Positions 1-12,899 are shown, counted from the first letter of the stretch. The stretch: DNA of 38,141 nt from Octopus sinensis (GCF_006345805.1 NW_021835825.1:1-38141), one strand, 5' to 3'. Made by a program: numbers and translations. Notes: a model not told the origin generated them from the sequence alone.

Positions 1-160
1 AACGTACACATACATACATACATCATACATACATACATACATACATACATACATACGTAAATACATACATACATAAATTCATACTTACATACATACATAC
101 ATACATTCATGCACACACTTATAAACATTCACGTACACCCACACACATATGCGCACACAC
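1..160. repeat. (TACA)n microsatellite
   Basis: Direct tandem TACA/CATA repeats with CA interruptions. Confidence 0.95.
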
Positions 161-204
161 ATATATATATATGAGGCAAAACATGTTTGTTTATATGTAA
201 TATA

Positions 205-213
205 CACGCACAA

Positions 214-257
<44 letters not shown>

Positions 258-409
258 CATTATTATTATTATTATCATTATTATATTATATTATTATTAT
301 TATTATAATATCATTATTATTATTATATTATTATTATATCATTATTATTATTATTATCATTATTATTATTATTATTATTACTATTATTATTATTATTACT
401 ATTATATTA

Positions 410-451
<42 letters not shown>

Positions 452-530
452 TATTATTACTATTATTATTATTATTATTATCATTATTATTATTATTATC
501 ATTATTATTATTATCATTATTACTATTATT
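205..530. repeat. (TAT)n microsatellite
   Basis: Imperfect TAT/CAT/TAC trinucleotide array. Confidence 0.95.
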
Positions 531-2222
531 AAAGTAAAGAATTTTAATACTGTTACATTCAAGGAGAGAGAAAGAGAATGAGTGTGAATGTGAGAGATAC
601 TTTCATACATGCATGCGTGCATGCATTACACACAAAGATACATATATATATATATATACATACGTACATATATACATACATATATTCATAATTGCATATA
701 TACATACAATCACTCACATACACACACGTTTAAACATATAACTGTATCGGCGTTGAGGTTCAATCGATATGGACCTGATACATATTTAGAGTTTCAAATT
801 CCTTCATGTAAGACTTGTCTTAATGATCACTTCACATTTTCGTTGGGCTAGACATATTGAATGATAGAAATACGAAGCCCGAAATTTGGGAAGTTAGCTT
901 TACAGAGCTGTATAAATGTAGGTCACGGGTCGTATATCTGTTCTATTTGGTTATGCTGTAAACAGCACCAAGAGAATTGTAATTTAAAGCTTACTATAAT
1001 ATTTACAATGACTGTGGTGTTCCTTATGTGAAATTGTAGCGATGAAGATGGTGGCAAAAGTTGTCTATGATACTAATTCTAAAATTGGAATAAAGGAAAC
1101 ATAATGTGGTTTTAGAAATTATGAATGCAGTAGTAGATGTGATAATAACTGAGGCGATGATAGGTTTGTGATGATGATGATCATAATAGTTTTTTTAGTA
1201 GGCAACACAACATAAAATCTATAGAATTTTAAACCAAAATAGTCTAGAAATATCTTACTTTGCTCCCAATTTAATTCAGATCATATCACTCGCTTTCGAA
1301 GGTAGATATAATAATACATAAATGTTTCATTGCTGTGATTGTAATTGTACAAACACTTGACATTGCCCTATTTACTTTAAGTATCCGGCGTGAAATGTAA
1401 TGTGGACAAAATATCATCAAATAAAACTCATTTGGGTATTTAACCGCGACTGAATTCAATACAGATCTAGTGAATATTTCTATTCAATTAAACACAAGTC
1501 AAAGAAGATCCCAAATACGATATAACAATGATATTTAAACTATCAAAAATATTGACAAAACCTTCCAAACTCTCAAGAAGCAAATTCCATCAAGTCCGAA
1601 ATAGTACACAAAAATGACGGTGAGCTGATTAGTACATACCAATATATTTGAGAGACAAAGAATCCTGAATTGCCGAATAACTAAGAATATATCATCACAC
1701 GTCAGCAGACCTTTTCTTAACAGATTCCCATCCAGAAGAGAGGTTTTAACGAAAATAATCGACAAGAGATTATTAGAGAGAGCTTTCGAGAAACATTCAC
1801 CCGAAAAGAGGGCCCCTTAGGTGGTTATGATGAAAGAGGTTTTGCGGTGGACATTACAGAAATAAATGAAGAGAATCACCTTTTCAGCCAAGCCTTCATC
1901 GAATTTTTCAAGTACAGGAAGAGAGGGAGTTATTGACCCCTACCCCAAAGAACACAAATTTTGTAAAAGGAATGCTTCATGTAACGAGAATCTCCCAAAA
2001 GAATATAAGTGAAGGATAGAATTACAGTATAGTGCTCCTACTGAGTAGGGTAACATGGAATCTTTTGGATTCCTTGAATGGTATTGCGGATCGTTCCCAT
2101 CCAATTGAGAAATCATGTATTATATTTTTTTTATTCATTCTTATTGATTCCTTAATTTTTTTTCACACCTTTAATGTAAATTCCCGCTTTTTCGCATTGG
2201 CCAAGATAATTTTGCTGCCGTT

Positions 2223-2500
2223 GTAGACGGAAACTGAAAGAAGCCCGTCGTATATATGTATATATATATGTGTATGTGTGTATATATTTGTGTGTATGTG
2301 TTTGTCCCCCTGGCATTGCTTGACAACCGATGCAGGTGTGTTTACCTCCCCGTCAACTAGCGGTTCGGCAAAAGAGACCGATAGAATAAGTACTGGGCTT
2401 ACAAAGAATAAGTCCCGGGGTCGATTTGCTCGACTAAAGGCGGTGCTCCAGCATGGCCGCATTCAAAATGACTGAAAGAAGTAAAAACGTAAAAAGAGTA
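2223..2500 (+). mobile_element. tRNA-derived SINE family A, 5'-truncated copy
   Basis: Co-linear with the full-length copy at 30111-30513 (GTAGACGGAAACTGAAAGAAGCCCGTCG, central TA/TG tract, GGTGCTCCAGCATGGCCGC, GTAAAA tail). Confidence 0.9.
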
Positions 2501-2514
2501 ACAAGAAGTTATTA

Positions 2515-2529
2515 ATATTATTATTATTA

Positions 2530-2572
<43 letters not shown>

Positions 2573-2733
2573 GTTATCATTATTATTATCATTATTATTA
2601 TTATTATTATTAGTACTATTATTGTTATTGTTATTGTTATTATTATTATATTATTATTGTTATTATTTATTATTATTATTATATTATTATTTATCATTAT
2701 ACTATTATTATTATTATTATCAATATTATATTA

Positions 2734-2776
<43 letters not shown>

Positions 2777-2863
2777 ATTGTTATTATTATTATTGTTATT
2801 ATTATTATTAGTTTATCATTATATCTATTATTATTATTATTATCATTATTATTATTATTATTA

Positions 2864-2900
<37 letters not shown>

Positions 2901-3054
2901 GTTATCATTATTATTATCATTATTATTATTATTATTATTAGTACTATTATTGTTATTGTTATTGTTATTATTATTATTATTATTATTGTAATTATTATTA
3001 TTATTATTATTATTATTATTTTATCATTATAACTATTATTATTATTATTATCAA

Positions 3055-3094
<40 letters not shown>

Positions 3095-3163
3095 ATTGTT
3101 ATTATTATTATTGTTATTATTATTATTATTTTATCATTATATCTATTATTATTATTATTATTA

Positions 3164-3213
<50 letters not shown>

Positions 3214-3234
3214 GCTGTTGTTATTATTATTATT
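2515..3234. repeat. Compound (TAT)n microsatellite with an internal ~320-bp higher-order duplication
   Basis: The same ordered interruptions (AGTACTATT, TCAATATT, ATAATTG, ATATCTATT) occur in both ~2620-2939 and ~2940-3230. Confidence 0.9.
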
Positions 3235-3512
3235 TTACTTGTTTCAGTCACAGGGACGTAAACACACCAGCACCGGTTATCAAGCGATGTTCGAGGGACA
3301 AACACAGATACACAAACACAAACACATATATATATATACATATATTACTACGGGCTTCTTCACAGTTTCCGTCTACCAAGTCCACTCACAAGGCTTTGAC
3401 CGGTCCGGGGCTATAGTAGAAGATACATGCCCAAAGTGCCATGAAGTGGGACTGAACCCGAAACCATTTGGTTGGTAAGCAAGCTACTTAACACACAGCC
3501 ACTTCTGCACCT
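3235..3512 (-). mobile_element. SINE family A with intact tRNA-like head and an internal deletion of roughly 110 bp in the 3' part
   Basis: Head with A-box TGGCTGTGTG and B-box GGTTCAGTCCC. GTTTACGTCCC is joined directly to TGACTGAAAC relative to the 30111-30513 copy. Confidence 0.9.
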
Positions 3513-3517
3513 ATTAC

Positions 3518-3548
<31 letters not shown>

Positions 3549-3660
3549 GTTATTATTATTATTATTAATATTATTGTTATTATAATTATTATTACTATTA
3601 TTGTTGTTGTTACTACTACTACTACTACTACTAATACTACTACTACTTGTATTATTATAA
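3513..3660. repeat. (TAT)n/(TAC)n microsatellite
   Basis: Direct tandem repeats. Confidence 0.9.
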
Positions 3661-3865
3661 AGCGGCCAGCTGGTTGAATCGTTATCACGCAGGGCAAAAT
3701 GTTTAGCAATTTTTCGTCCTTGGCTACATTCTGAGTTCAAATTCCGCCGATCGACTTATCCTTTTATCCTTTAGGGGGTGGATAAATTAAGTACCAGCGA
3801 AACACTGGGGTGGATGTAATCGAATAGTCCCCTCCCTACAAATTTGAGGCCGTGTGCTTCCAGTA
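3661..3865 (+). mobile_element. tRNA-derived SINE family B
   Basis: Aligns with copies at 4463, 12652, 14950, 15257 and 19125 (TTCTGAGTTCAAATTCCGCCGA, TTTCATCCTTT, GATAAATTAAGTACCAG). Confidence 0.85.
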
Positions 3866-3886
3866 TTATTATTATTATTATTTTTA

Positions 3887-3921
<35 letters not shown>

Positions 3922-3925
3922 TTTA

Positions 3926-3960
<35 letters not shown>

Positions 3961-4036
3961 GTTGTTGTTGTTGTTGTTGTTGTTGTTTTTGTTGTTGTTA
4001 TTATTGTTTTTGTTGTTGTTGTTATTATTATCATTA
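3866..4036. repeat. (TAT)n/(TTG)n microsatellite
   Basis: Direct tandem repeats. Confidence 0.9.
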
Positions 4037-4039
4037 AGT

Positions 4040-4455
4040 TAGAGAGCAGTTCATGCCATCAAAGTGACACTAGGGTAAAATATACGAAGCTCAATATACC
4101 CATCATGACTACCCGTCTGATAAGGGTACACTAGGCACATGCATTACAACCATGTATGCGCGACATGGTGATCTCATATCAAGATAAACAGCACATGACC
4201 TTGCAGGTGGGGCCCAGTTAGAATTTTCTTCAGGTTGAGTAGCCCATCCCGCTCAAACGGTCCCTGAATAAGGGTTGTTTAAGGATGTTGAATGATGCTC
4301 CCCCCACTACTTCTGCTCGTGATCAGAGATGCACATATCGTCAGCCACTAAGGGACATGGTCAACTGTTTAAGATCAAACGACGGACAAGCAATTCTGTT
4401 ATATTAAACAGAATATTTGCTGAAGCCGATCTTTTATACCAAGACAAAACAATTA
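4040..4455. mobile_element. Unclassified interspersed repeat family C, copy 1 (about 60-bp internal deletion)
   Basis: Aligns with 8086-8333 (GAGTAGCCCATCCCG, TGTTTAAGGATG, CAGAGATGC-CATATCGTCAGCCACTAAG, CAGAATATTTGCT). Confidence 0.8.
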
Positions 4456-4462
4456 TTAATAA

Positions 4463-4683
4463 GGTGGTAAGCAGACAGTCATTAGCACACCGGGAAAAGT
4501 CTCCGTGGCATTTCGTCCGTTTTTACTTTCTGAGTTCAAGTTCTGCCGAGGTCGACTTTACTTTTCATCCTTTCCGATTCGATAAAATTAAGTACTACCA
4601 GTTTAGCAATGATGTCTATAGTATGGTGTAAATCCTTTCTTTGAAATTGCTAGCCTTGTCCATAGTTAGAAATGGTTATGATT
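4463..4683 (+). mobile_element. SINE family B, diverged copy
   Basis: TTCTGAGTTCAAGTTCTGCCGAGGTCGACTTTACTTTTCATCCTTT matches the other B copies. Confidence 0.8.
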
Positions 4684-6796
4684 GCTTTCATTACTTGTTA
4701 CTGGAGATTGAAAAGTGTTGACCTAATGCATATATTTTTTCCGCAATATATAATGTGATGACTTAGTTGCTCTTATGCATTTTCTTCCTTGTCATTTTGT
4801 TTCGCTTGCATATAATTCCGCTTGTATTATTATTATTTGTTTCCTCACTTTAGCTTACTTTGAATTCCACCCGAAACCTCCACAATCCTACAAACAACTC
4901 TTCACTTCCCCCATAACACCGTCACAAAGCACATTTGTACATAGGCATACATACATACATGCATACATGCATGCATACACACACACGTATGTTCATACAT
5001 ACATAATTACATACATACATACTTACATAAAACATTTTTGTTGCTGTTGAAATTCCAATGAAGTGGCCTTGAATCTAGGTTAGAAACCGGTTCTTTCTCT
5101 ATTGGCAAGAAATCTTGAAATATAACTGAACAATGACATACATACATGCAAGCATACATGCATAATACATACATACATACATACATAAATGCATACATAT
5201 ATGCACATACATGTTCGCATGTATGACTAATATTCACCTACGGTAACAATCATAGACACTCGAATTTATCAGACTTGTGTCTCCATAAAGATCCCTACTC
5301 AGATATTCCTTCGTTAACACTCATCTATGGGCATACGTTCTCTCATCTAAAAGTGATATATAAACTCGTACAATCTTATACATATGGTCACATACATATA
5401 TACATATATTTACAACTGCATGCAACACAAAAGTTCACAATTATTTATACACATCGAATAACATATTCATGATAAAAACTTATATGCGAACACATATGCG
5501 CGCGTGCGAGCATACAAACCCAAAAGCACACACATTTTCACAGGCGTGCACACACACACACGCGCGCGCGCGCGCGAACACATGATGCAATGATACAGAG
5601 ACACCCAGTGATCAGAGAACGTCGAACAGGTTTTCTGCGACCCTACTTCATTCTGTATTGAAAACCATATTGTAATAAACTGCCATGCGTCCCAGGATTT
5701 GGGGTAAACGTGAAAGATTCCCGTATTATTTCTTCCCATTATCAACTGACAATGATCTGTTGTTCATGAGTCATACTTCTCGCCCCACCCCTCATATTCT
5801 TATAAAATAGTCATGATAGACATACACAGAGATACATGTAATTACACTCTCTTACAAGCATTCATTCACATAGACATATACACTCACCTATGGACTCATA
5901 TCTATACTCACGCACATTCATGTGCACACACACAAATATGCGCGCACACACACACATACACTTTCATAATTTTAATGCATACATAATTCGTACCTGCAAA
6001 TATATATAGACACTTTTGCGTGCATGTGTGTGGTAGGTTTATCATGATGTATATCCATTTTCTACCACACTGATGCAAAAGCATGCACTGGTACATTCAA
6101 ATGCGCGTAAATACAGAAAAAAATATGCGCTCCCATCACCAAATACACACATGCATTATCAGAGCAACATACTACAAGCGTTTAAACACCAATAGTAACG
6201 TACTTAGTCGCACACATGTGCACCATCATTCGCAGACATGCATTGATGAGTTTACATCAACATCAAAACTCATACTACATCGCGCATACACATGCATTCT
6301 CGTGTAAATATTCAGCGTACACAGATGCATGGACATTCAAGACAGAAACAAGCTTGCACTCATACACAACACGCATGGATGAGCAAACACATATAAACAC
6401 ACAGACATGCAAAACACACATAAACTTACACATTCAGGCTTATAAACATGTATGCACGCATGCATGCATGCATACACGCTGGCACATGCAGAAAAATCAA
6501 GTTTAGCATTCGACGAAGCGTATTTAGGAAATGAACACATGCATTCGTTTCTTTGCTCCCTACATTCATATTGCTTCTCAAATGCCAATATTTGAAGCCA
6601 TTCTCACACCCATTCTTCTATACACTGGGTTTAAGCTTCTATTGCTTGATCGCCAATTCCTGTTTCTCAAGTTACACCTAAAATTTAAGACTCTGTTTTG
6701 TTCTGGAAAAGAAGTTTTGTAGGTATTAACATTACTGAACTGAAATTCGGAACAGGGAAATATACTTGTTTTCAAAAATCCACAGGAAAAATCAGA

Positions 6797-7380
6797 TGTA
6801 TGTAAGTATGTATGTATGTATGCATGTATGTATGTATGTATGTATGTATGTATGTATGTATGTATGTATGTATGTATGTATGTATGTATGTATGTATGTA
6901 TGTATGAATGTATGTATGTATGTATGTATGTATTTATGTATGTATGTATGTGTGGGTGTATGTACGTATGTATGTGTGTACGTATGTATGTGTGTGTATG
7001 TATGTATGTATGTATGTATGTATGTATGTATGTATGTATGTATTTATGTATGTATGTGTGTATGAATGTGTGTACGTATGTATGTGTGTGTATGTATGTA
7101 TGTATGTATGTATGTATGTATGTATGTGTGTATGTATGTATGTATGTATGATTGTATGTATGTATGTATGTATGTATCTCTGTATGTATGTATGTGTGTA
7201 TGTATGTATGTATGCATGTATGTATGTATGTATGTATGTATGTATGTATGTATGTATGTATGTATGTATGTATGTATCTATGTATATATGTATGTATGTA
7301 TGTATGCATGTATGTATGTATGTGTGTATGTATGTGTGTATGTATGTATGTATGTATGTACGTATGTATGTGTGTATGTG

Positions 7381-7412
<32 letters not shown>

Positions 7413-7870
7413 TGTATGTATGCATGTATGTATGTATGTATGTATCTATGTATGTATGTATGTATGTATGTATGTATGTATGTATGTATGTATGTATGCA
7501 TGTATGTATGTATGTATGTATGTATGTATGTATATATGTATATATGTATGTATGTATGTATGCATGTATGTATGTATGTGTGTATGTATGTGTGTATGTA
7601 TGTATGTATGTATGTATGTACGTATGTATGTGTGTATGTGTATATGTATGTATGTATGTATGTATGCATGTATGTATGTGTGTATGTATGTATGTATGTA
7701 TGTATGTATGTATGTATGTGTGTATGTATATATGTATGTATGTATGTATGTATGCATGTATGTATGTATATATGTATGTATGTTTATGTATATATACATG
7801 CATGTATGTATGTATGTATGTGTGTATATGTATGCATTCAATCATGCATTCATGCATTCATTCATGGTCA
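6797..7870. repeat. Long (TATG)n tetranucleotide array (about 1.07 kb)
   Basis: Direct tandem repeats; source of all the MYVC/HTYI pseudo-ORFs. Confidence 0.97.
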
Positions 7871-8085
7871 TAATTATTATGGTGTTGTTGTTTATGTTAT
7901 TATCATTAAAAGGCTAAGAGAATAGTAAACCAAAAGGTACAATCATATTGTCGATCAAACTAAGCACTGTCACCTACTATTGCAACGACTTTAAGCGTCG
8001 TCGAATTAAAAGACTAACCGAAAACCATGCGGTAATGTGTTTAAAGTATAACGCAATCTACGAAACTCTACGATCCCAATTTAAT

Positions 8086-8333
8086 TGTCTTCGGGTAGAG
8101 TAGCCCATCCCGTTCAAAAGGTCCCTAAATAGGCGTTGTTTAAGGATGCTGAGTGAAACACCCATGTTACTAAGGTGGAAATATCGGAACCACAAAGGAA
8201 TTCGTTTCCGCTTATGACTATGATGTTCCTCCACTACTGCTAGTAATCAGAGATGCTCATATCGTCAGCCACTAAGAGACGTGCTCAACTGCATAAGTTC
8301 AAACAAATCTGTGGTATTGAGCAGAATATTTGC
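8086..8333. mobile_element. Unclassified interspersed repeat family C, copy 2
   Basis: Aligns with 4225-4420 and retains the segment missing in copy 1. Confidence 0.8.
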
Positions 8334-8334
8334 T

Positions 8335-8356
8335 ATTATTGTTGTTGTTGTTGTTG

Positions 8357-8434
<78 letters not shown>

Positions 8435-8583
8435 TTTCATCATCATCATAATCATCATCATCATCGTCATCGTCATCGTCATCGCCATCGTCATCACCAT
8501 CGTCATCGTCATCGTATCGTCATTGTTATTGTTATTGTTATTATTGTTACTGTTGTTATTATTATTATTATTATTACTATTAT

Positions 8584-8633
<50 letters not shown>

Positions 8634-8724
8634 GTATTATTATTATTATTATTATTATTATTGTTATTATTATTATTGTTATTATTATTATTGTTATTAT
8701 TATTATCATCATTAATATCATTAT
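8335..8724. repeat. Compound trinucleotide array (TTG/TTA/TCA/TCG/CTA)
   Basis: Direct tandem repeats abutting the 3' end of the R4/Dong-like LINE. Confidence 0.92.
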
Positions 8725-11245
8725 TTATTGTCTTTGCTCAGCTTCTAACGCTGGATATGTACTACAGTGTCAGCTGTTCCCTACCAGTGAACTAAGGTAA
8801 CACCCGTTATTTTTTCGAGTATCTTCCGGAGTATTCGAGCGTTTCCAAGCAGTGCTCCACCCTTATTGCAGCCTCTATTTGTTCCACGTACTTCTCGAGT
8901 GTTTTGCTCAATGTTCCCAGGGCTCCGACAATTATTGGTATCACTACCACCTCCTGTTTCATCGACCACAACTGCTGAATTTCCCAAGCTAACCTGTCAT
9001 ATCTATTCACTTTTCTTTCTTCCTTATCGCATACCTTGTTGTCAGCTGGGTATGCTATATCTATGATCTAGCATAGTTTGTTTTGTTTCTCAATTAAGAC
9101 GTCTCGCTTCCTATTCTCTATCTCATGGTCGCACTGAATCATAAAATCCCATAAGCTCTTTGCATTTCTGTTCTCGACGATGCCTCCAGGTTTATGGTCG
9201 TACCAATTTTTTACTCTGTCAAATCCATACTTGTTGCAAAGTGTCCAATGGCGTCCAATGGCGTCCATTGTCGTGGCGTCTTTTATATTCCTTCTGTGCT
9301 AGTGGCATACATTGGCTGGTAATATGCCATACAGTTTCACCGTTTTGTCCACATATTCTGCACTTACCACATTCTGCTGTGTTGTCTATTCTGTATTTTA
9401 TGTAGTTTGTGCTTAGTGCTTGCTCTTGGGCAGCACAGATTAGAGCCTTCGTTTCTGGTTTTAAATCACTTTTAGTCATCCACAGCCATCTTTTTTCTCT
9501 GTTTTATCTTCGACATCCCTATGAAATTGTCCATGCATTCTTTTCTTTACCCACCTATTTTCAGTTTCATTGGTTTTCAATTTCTTGTATAGTGCTTTAT
9601 CTTTGCAATCATTAATCCCACACAAGCTTGTCCTTCTTACTTCTAACAATAGCTGTTCTGTGGCATTTTTTACATACCATACTATGTTGTTTTCCTCGTC
9701 TCTAATGCTGTGTTCACATCCAATAAGTCTTGTTCCCCCTCTTTTTCTTGGTACATACAGTCTGTCTTTGTCACTTTTTGGGTGGAGTGACCCATATCTA
9801 GTTAGTAACTTCCTTATCTTTCTGTCTAAGTTGTTTAGTTCTTCTACTTGTACATGCGATTATCCCTGCTCCATATCTAAGGGGTGAAACCGCCTAGGTG
9901 TTGATAGCTTCGATCTTATTCCGTCCGTTTAATTTCGACTTAAGGATCAGTCTCAGTCTGCGTAAGTACTACAACTTAAATTTTTGTCATTTCTTTCTCT
10001 ATCAATTAATCCATTTCCAAAATCCCCAAGAGCTTATAGTCCGTCTCATCATAACCTCCCCCGACGGTATCGTTAGTCCGTCCACACGTATTGCCTCCCT
10101 TCAATACTAACACACCACACTTTCTCAGTCCGAACTCCAATCTGATATCAGTACCGAAAGTATACACCGTATCAACGAGGGAACTGACTTGCGATTCATC
10201 TTTACCATAAAGTTTGAGGTCATTCATGAATAACAAATGGTTGACATTTTGTTGGCGGCTTTTGAAAACATACCCAGCTTTTGCTTTCCTCAGAATCAGT
10301 GTTAGTGGAATCAAGCACAGTACAAAGATCTGTGGGGACAGGAAGATGCCCACTAATTTCTACTGACTCTAAACTTCTGTATGCTGTCAGGTCCATCCTC
10401 CAATTTGCCATACTTTTTCCATGCAATCGCTCATCATTCGATGCAATTCTAAACAGGATCATACACTCCATAATCCAAGAATGTGGGGTCATATCGCACG
10501 CCTTACCATAATCCATCATTGACATGGCTAAGTTAGCTTTCATCCTCTTGCAGTCTCTAAGTACAGTTTTGTCTATCAGGAGTTAATCCTCGGTACCTCT
10601 GCACTTACGCTTGCAACCCTTCTGCTCATGTGACAGGACTCCATTTTTTCTAGATGTTCGTACTTTGGAATACTCGCGGAGTATTCCAGTTAATAACTTC
10701 CAAATAAGTGTCACACAGGATATCGGCCTGTAATTGTCTACAGCACTGTCCTACCCAATGTCAACCACTCTGGTGTTGCTTCCTCGGCATTTAACAAGGT
10801 GTTGAGTTGCGCAGCTATTCGTGCATGACATTTGAACTCCATCTGGTCCCGGGGCCTTCCAGTTGCTCATATTTTAGCTGATTTCCTTCACTTCCCTATC
10901 TGAAATGACTAGTTCTGCCTCTTTTGGACAGACTACTGTTTCTTTCAGTTCTTGTAACCATTCAGCATCCTTCTTGTTCTCCTTGTCTTTGCTCCAGATG
11001 TCACTCCAAAACCTTTGACGTTCAATGTTATCTGGTATCAACTTTTCATCTGTATACCCTCCATTTATTTCTTTATAGAATCTCTTCTGATCTACTCTGA
11101 AGAACCTATTCTAGTGGTAACCCTTCATTCTTTGGTCGCATTTTACTATCTTTGTTTTTTTGCAACGAGGCACTGTTTTATTACTCTCAGGCCCTTTCTT
11201 TCAATATTATTCTTCCTTTTGGAACGCTATTTTGAATGTACGTGT
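8725..11245 (-). mobile_element. 5'-truncated, decayed RLE-type non-LTR retrotransposon (R4/Dong-like): RT, CCHC and restriction-like endonuclease
   Basis: Minus-strand fragments [21 protein letters not shown]...NHLLFMNDLKLY (FMDD-type RT motif), CRICGQNGETVWHITSQC...KRRHDN, LWDFMIQCDHEIENRK, VIPIIVGALG. Many stops, frameshifts and small deletions. Confidence 0.9.
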
Positions 11246-11254
11246 TAAGTTGGC

Positions 11255-12640
11255 TGGGATGTGGCGGATTGGAAAATGGGGTGCACAATCCTCGCAAATA
11301 TGCTTATTCGTTTCCAGCTGACGGACAGGTTCAGATTGGATTTCCCGAATATTCCGGTGTGGACATGGTCGAACTGTGTCGGATCATCCAGATCTTATCA
11401 AATTTGTGATCTGTACAGTTGACCTAGACAGGTTCCATAAGTAGGGTCCTGGATGCTGGAAGCTAAACGCGTCCCTGCCGGCGCTTCAAGCTTCCAGAGA
11501 CCGGCTTAACAAGATAGTCTATCAAAAGGTTGCCGGGTGCAGTCGTCAACAACCGATTGTGAGGAGCCTTAACATTGGTGATTAGAGTAGAACTTGTAGA
11601 ATTTAGGAGAGAACTAGCGATACAGAAGACTAGAGTAGAGAGAGACCTAATTAGGAAATTAGAAGAATCACTCAGTAGAGACATAGCAACCGAGGTGTTG
11701 ACAACGAGGTTGATTCTGAACCAATTCCCCAAAACCATGCATGAAGTTTACATTTCAGGAGGGAACAAAAGCCGTTTAAATGGGCCTGGATGGCCGAGGC
11801 ACAACGTGTTAATAACATTACAATTCGGTCTTTGAGGTGTCGGGGCGGGCGCATGTCACACTACTCGAAACATATTTGTGCGGAATATCAGTGGCACTTT
11901 GCCGAACTGTACGGTGCGCACGGTAGCTCGGAGGTGGAGGTGAACTTCAACTCCTACCTTGATAGCTTACGGCTAAGGATGTGGAATTCTGCAAAATGCC
12001 GATAACAGCTGAAGATACACGTGACGCGTAGGCTAGTTCCACGAGGGACAGATCTCTGGGATTGGATGGTCTACCCTTACAGCTTTATATACATATGTCA
12101 ATAGCCACCTCTCGGAATCGTTTAGTATTGCACGTTCGGTCCGTTAAGGATGCCTATTCTCACTTATTTTCTACGTACTGGAACTTGAACTATTACTGCG
12201 GAACGCGATTGAAAGGATTAAAGACGGGTACCTTCCTCTTTGGCCAAGACTTCATTGAAGTTTTCATGCTCCACCTGAAAAGGAATGTTAGGCTAGAGAG
12301 TGAGGTACTGTCATCCAGTAAGTTCGTTGAAAGGTGAGTGAATATAGCAGGAATGGCCCGCGTGAATGGGCTTTTGTTAAGAGTGCACCTGTCGGCAGGA
12401 TTGAAGGATGGGCAGAGGTTGCCTTCTTGAGGAGCCTTTGGAGTTAAAGGGTCCACAGTGCGTGAGATGTCTTTGGTCACCTTACGGTGGAACTCCCGTT
12501 TGTTGAAGAAGCTTATTGTTGATTTAATCATTTTGTTAATCGTTGTGTTTGCTGGCTGTTTACACGTTTAACATCACTGCCCTTCGTCTGTGTATCGTCC
12601 TCTATGTTTTGTGTTCGGCCCTGGTGGGTAAAAAAGAAAG
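11255..12640 (+). mobile_element. L1/Tx1-like LINE ORF2 remnant (end of APE domain, linker, RT start, large deletion, C-terminus and 3' UTR)
   Basis: Fragments DRFRLDFPNIPVWTWSN, GPGCWKLNASL (post-endonuclease WKLN motif), SLGLDGLPLQLY (RT domain 0), then TRLKGLKTGTFL...HLKRNVR. 3' end GCCCTGGTGGGTAAAAAAGAAA resembles the end at 28806-28830. Confidence 0.75.
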
Positions 12641-12651
12641 AATTATTATTA

Positions 12652-12865
12652 AGGCAGCGAGCAGGCTGAATCGTTAGTACACTGGGCGAAATTTTTAGCG
12701 GTATTTCGCCCGTCGCTACGTTCAAATTCTGGCGAGGTCGACTTTGCTTTTCATCCTTTCAAGCTCGATAAATTAAGTACCAGTGAAACACTGGGGTTGA
12801 TGTAAGTAACAACTCCTCTCACCCCAAATTTGAGTCCTTGTGCCTCCAGTAGAAATGATTTTTAT
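12652..12865 (+). mobile_element. SINE family B
   Basis: GAGGTCGACTTTGCTTTTCATCCTTTC...GATAAATTAAGTACCAGTGAAACACTGGGG. Confidence 0.85.
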
Positions 12866-12899
12866 TATTAATATTATTATTATTATTATATTATTATTA

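Noticed and set aside
1535-2010. Purine-rich stretch with partly open + strand frames (..RREVLTKIIDKRLLERAFEK..)
   Set aside because: Several stops and no motif I can recognise; may be a very old TE but cannot be supported
5040-5140. Possible 3' end of a retroelement with a (TACA)n tail
   Set aside because: Single copy in the window and no coding or promoter evidence; only vague familiarity
6578-7925. Long ORFs (up to 363 aa) of MYVC/HTYI repeats, and similar poly-I/L/Y ORFs throughout
   Set aside because: Stop-free translations of microsatellites; no evidence of coding function
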